Below, one piece after another: positions 62,148-64,000 of a stretch of DNA of 64,000 nucleotides. The DNA comes from Candidatus Borrarchaeum weybense (GTDB lineage: Archaea; Asgardarchaeota; Sifarchaeia; Borrarchaeales; Borrarchaeaceae), in contig JAHQJS010000007.1 in the NCBI GenBank assembly GCA_019057385.1, positions 480,001-544,000 of the forward strand, written 5' to 3'. The notes beneath the pieces are model-generated. The model ran no database searches. It was not told where the DNA came from and was given only the letters and a program-made list of their open reading frames with translations. How positions within the stretch are numbered: the first letter of the stretch is position 1; each line of letters starts with the position of its first letter. Position numbers and translations under genes: made by a program.

Positions 62148-62204
62148 TCTACACGCCTCTTTCCTCTCCATCTTAAAAGATAGGAGTCTCCAGAGGAGAT
62201 TTCA

Positions 62205-63890
62205 ATGAAAGGCAAGAACCTTTATACAATTTACATTGCTTTCTTAGTGTGCTTTTTCGGAGTTTATTTCATATTATCTGGTTTTCAGATAGTAAATAGC
62301 CCGATAAGTGTCGTAACGAAACTGTACAACAGCATTCTGCTAATATTCGAGTTTGCATTTGTTATTATTTTGTTTTTCAGCAATTTAGGAACACGATCAT
62401 CGTTTAGTGAAAAACTATTGGATACTGAAACGCCATTCCTAAAAAAATACCCAGTTGTTTCTGTAATCGTCTCAATATTCAATGAACCGATCAGGGTTGT
62501 AAAAAATACTTTAGTTGCACTTAGCCAACTGACTTACCCGAAAGAAAAACTCGAAATATTCATTGCCGATGATTCAACAAGAGATTACTTTGTACACTGG
62601 TGTCAAAAAAACTGCGAAAAACTCGGCATAAACTATATCCATCGTAAAGATCGTACCAATCGTCGAGTGGGGGCTCTAAATGACGTTATTTACAATCACA
62701 CAAGAGGCGAGTATATCGTAATGTTTGATGCTGATAACTTACCAAAAGAAGATGCTATTCAAAAACTACTTTATGAATTTGATAACACAAATAACGATAA
62801 ATTAGCCTTTGTACAGGGAATTTTTGATATAACAAACAACAATACTATCGCCGCACGACTTAGTTATCTGGTAGAATATGCCTATTTCACAACAGTCATC
62901 GCAAGACTAAATGAAAAGGGATTATGCGTCCTATCAGGACATTCATGCTGCATTAAGAAGTCTGCTTTACTTGAGATTGGAGGTATACAGGGTAAAACCT
63001 TTCAAGATGACTATGAGACGTCTACCGTTTTCTTTGCAAATGGCTTCGAAGGAAAGCGTGCTAATTTTCATTGTTCATCAGTTGTAGCACCTACTACAAT
63101 TAGGGCCTTTCTGAATATGTATTTTAAGTGGCTTCTTGGTGGTCTGTCAGTTTTACGCACAAATTTTTGGACTATTCTAAGATCAAAGAAAATGCAATTT
63201 CGTCAGAAAATTAACTTATTTATTGGTTTTTCTGCGATGTTCATGAATTTATTCGTTGTTTTATGGGCAATAGGATTACTTCTGTTAGTTTTGTTTAATA
63301 TCCCATTAATTCGTGGTAATCTCTCTTTTTGGATCTTTAGTTTCTCCTCTTTTACACTATTTATGGCAGTTTTTATTGTAAATGGTTTTATGAATTCATT
63401 TGGAGTTTATGTAATGTATCTCAGACGAGGAATAATGCTGCCTAGACTCTTTAAACGCTTTTTTCCAGCACATCCTACCACAATGATCCCTGGTAACACA
63501 AGTTCCCTAGACTGCATTCGAATAGATGCTTTTGCTCCTTTCCTTCTTATCTTAATACCTTTTCTTGTATTTTTACAGTTTCTTCTCGTGTTGTTTGGTG
63601 GAAAACCACCATCTTTCCTTTCAGAAAAAAGAGAAAATGTGAAACTCAATCGCAGTTTTAGTTCTGAAATATCGCGTGTTTTACTTGTTCTTCTCGGCTT
63701 CGTTTTCCTTTATGCAGCATACATCATATACTTCACAAATCAGATTTTGGCATTTACTCTCTTTGGTTTTTCTCTTGCTTTACTGTTAACGCTCCCATTA
63801 ATTGTGTTCGAATTCTTTGAAAACAAAGATAAAATTACAAGTGAAGAATACGACCGTCTAGAAGAACGAGAATTCGATTTGGAATATTAG
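62205..63890 (+). CDS. Membrane GT2, cellulose synthase-like
   Basis: FNEP; ADDS; HRKDR..GALN; FDAD; QDD; degenerate QxxRW (MYFKW); several TM helices. Confidence 0.88.
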   Translation: MKGKNLYTIYIAFLVCFFGVYFILSGFQIVNSPISVVTKLYNSILLIFEFAFVIILFFSNLGTRSSFSEKLLDTETPFLKKYPVVSVIVSIFNEPIRVVKNTLVALSQLTYPKEKLEIFIADDSTRDYFVHWCQKNCEKLGINYIHRKDRTNRRVGALNDVIYNHTRGEYIVMFDADNLPKEDAIQKLLYEFDNTNNDKLAFVQGIFDITNNNTIAARLSYLVEYAYFTTVIARLNEKGLCVLSGHSCCIKKSALLEIGGIQGKTFQDDYETSTVFFANGFEGKRANFHCSSVVAPTTIRAFLNMYFKWLLGGLSVLRTNFWTILRSKKMQFRQKINLFIGFSAMFMNLFVVLWAIGLLLLVLFNIPLIRGNLSFWIFSFSSFTLFMAVFIVNGFMNSFGVYVMYLRRGIMLPRLFKRFFPAHPTTMIPGNTSSLDCIRIDAFAPFLLILIPFLVFLQFLLVLFGGKPPSFLSEKRENVKLNRSFSSEISRVLLVLLGFVFLYAAYIIYFTNQILAFTLFGFSLALLLTLPLIVFEFFENKDKITSEEYDRLEEREFDLEY

Positions 63891-64000
63891 CTCTTTTTGT
63901 TCTAATATAATAAGAAAAAGAGAAGCGGAACAAAAAAATGAAAAATATAAGAGCATGAATAACACGTTAGATATATCTAGCTTCATTAGTGAAAACAAAG

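Larger units (their letters stand above)
60666..62204 (+). mobile_element. IS200/IS605-superfamily IscB (OMEGA) element
   Basis: 5' end GTCAATTACCCC hairpin; iscB gene; 3' hairpin at about 62162-62199; ATGAA at the 3' junction. Confidence 0.85.

Noticed and set aside
1-64000. tRNA or rRNA genes
   Set aside because: No GC-rich cloverleaf or rRNA-like segment was seen; the GC-richer parts are IS elements and coding repeats.

Overview
AT-rich archaeal DNA, probably from an Asgard archaeon. That assignment is an inference from the longin-like/wHTH protein, the Ig-repeat surface proteins, a SAMP-type ubiquitin-like protein and GGTG/GGAGG ribosome-binding sites. Positions 1-37.5 kb are a large cell-surface glycosylation island: GT4, GT2 and GT-C transferases, two flippases, NDP-sugar enzymes, a UDP-sulfoquinovose synthase homologue, a B12 radical SAM enzyme and a deacetylase. 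At 37.7-48.2 kb lies the most interesting element, a candidate RiPP-like peptide-modification system. It comprises an unannotated 24-aa precursor (MKWEKPEIKELDVEIGVVKGSWGF, 40263-40337), an HPrK-like kinase, a soluble S24/S26 peptidase, a PqqD/RRE protein and a nucleotidyltransferase, with no lasso cyclase in the window. It is interleaved with a 1891-aa repeat surface protein and followed by a 1580-aa surface protein carrying a GH112-like domain. The last 10 kb holds a decayed FrhB-like gene, a TnpB element and an IscB/omega-RNA element (each with one in-frame TGA), short IS-end remnants, an APH-like kinase and two GT2 genes. Several genes appear to start at non-canonical CTG/ATT/ATA codons. 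All functional calls come from motif recognition by eye; no searches were run.
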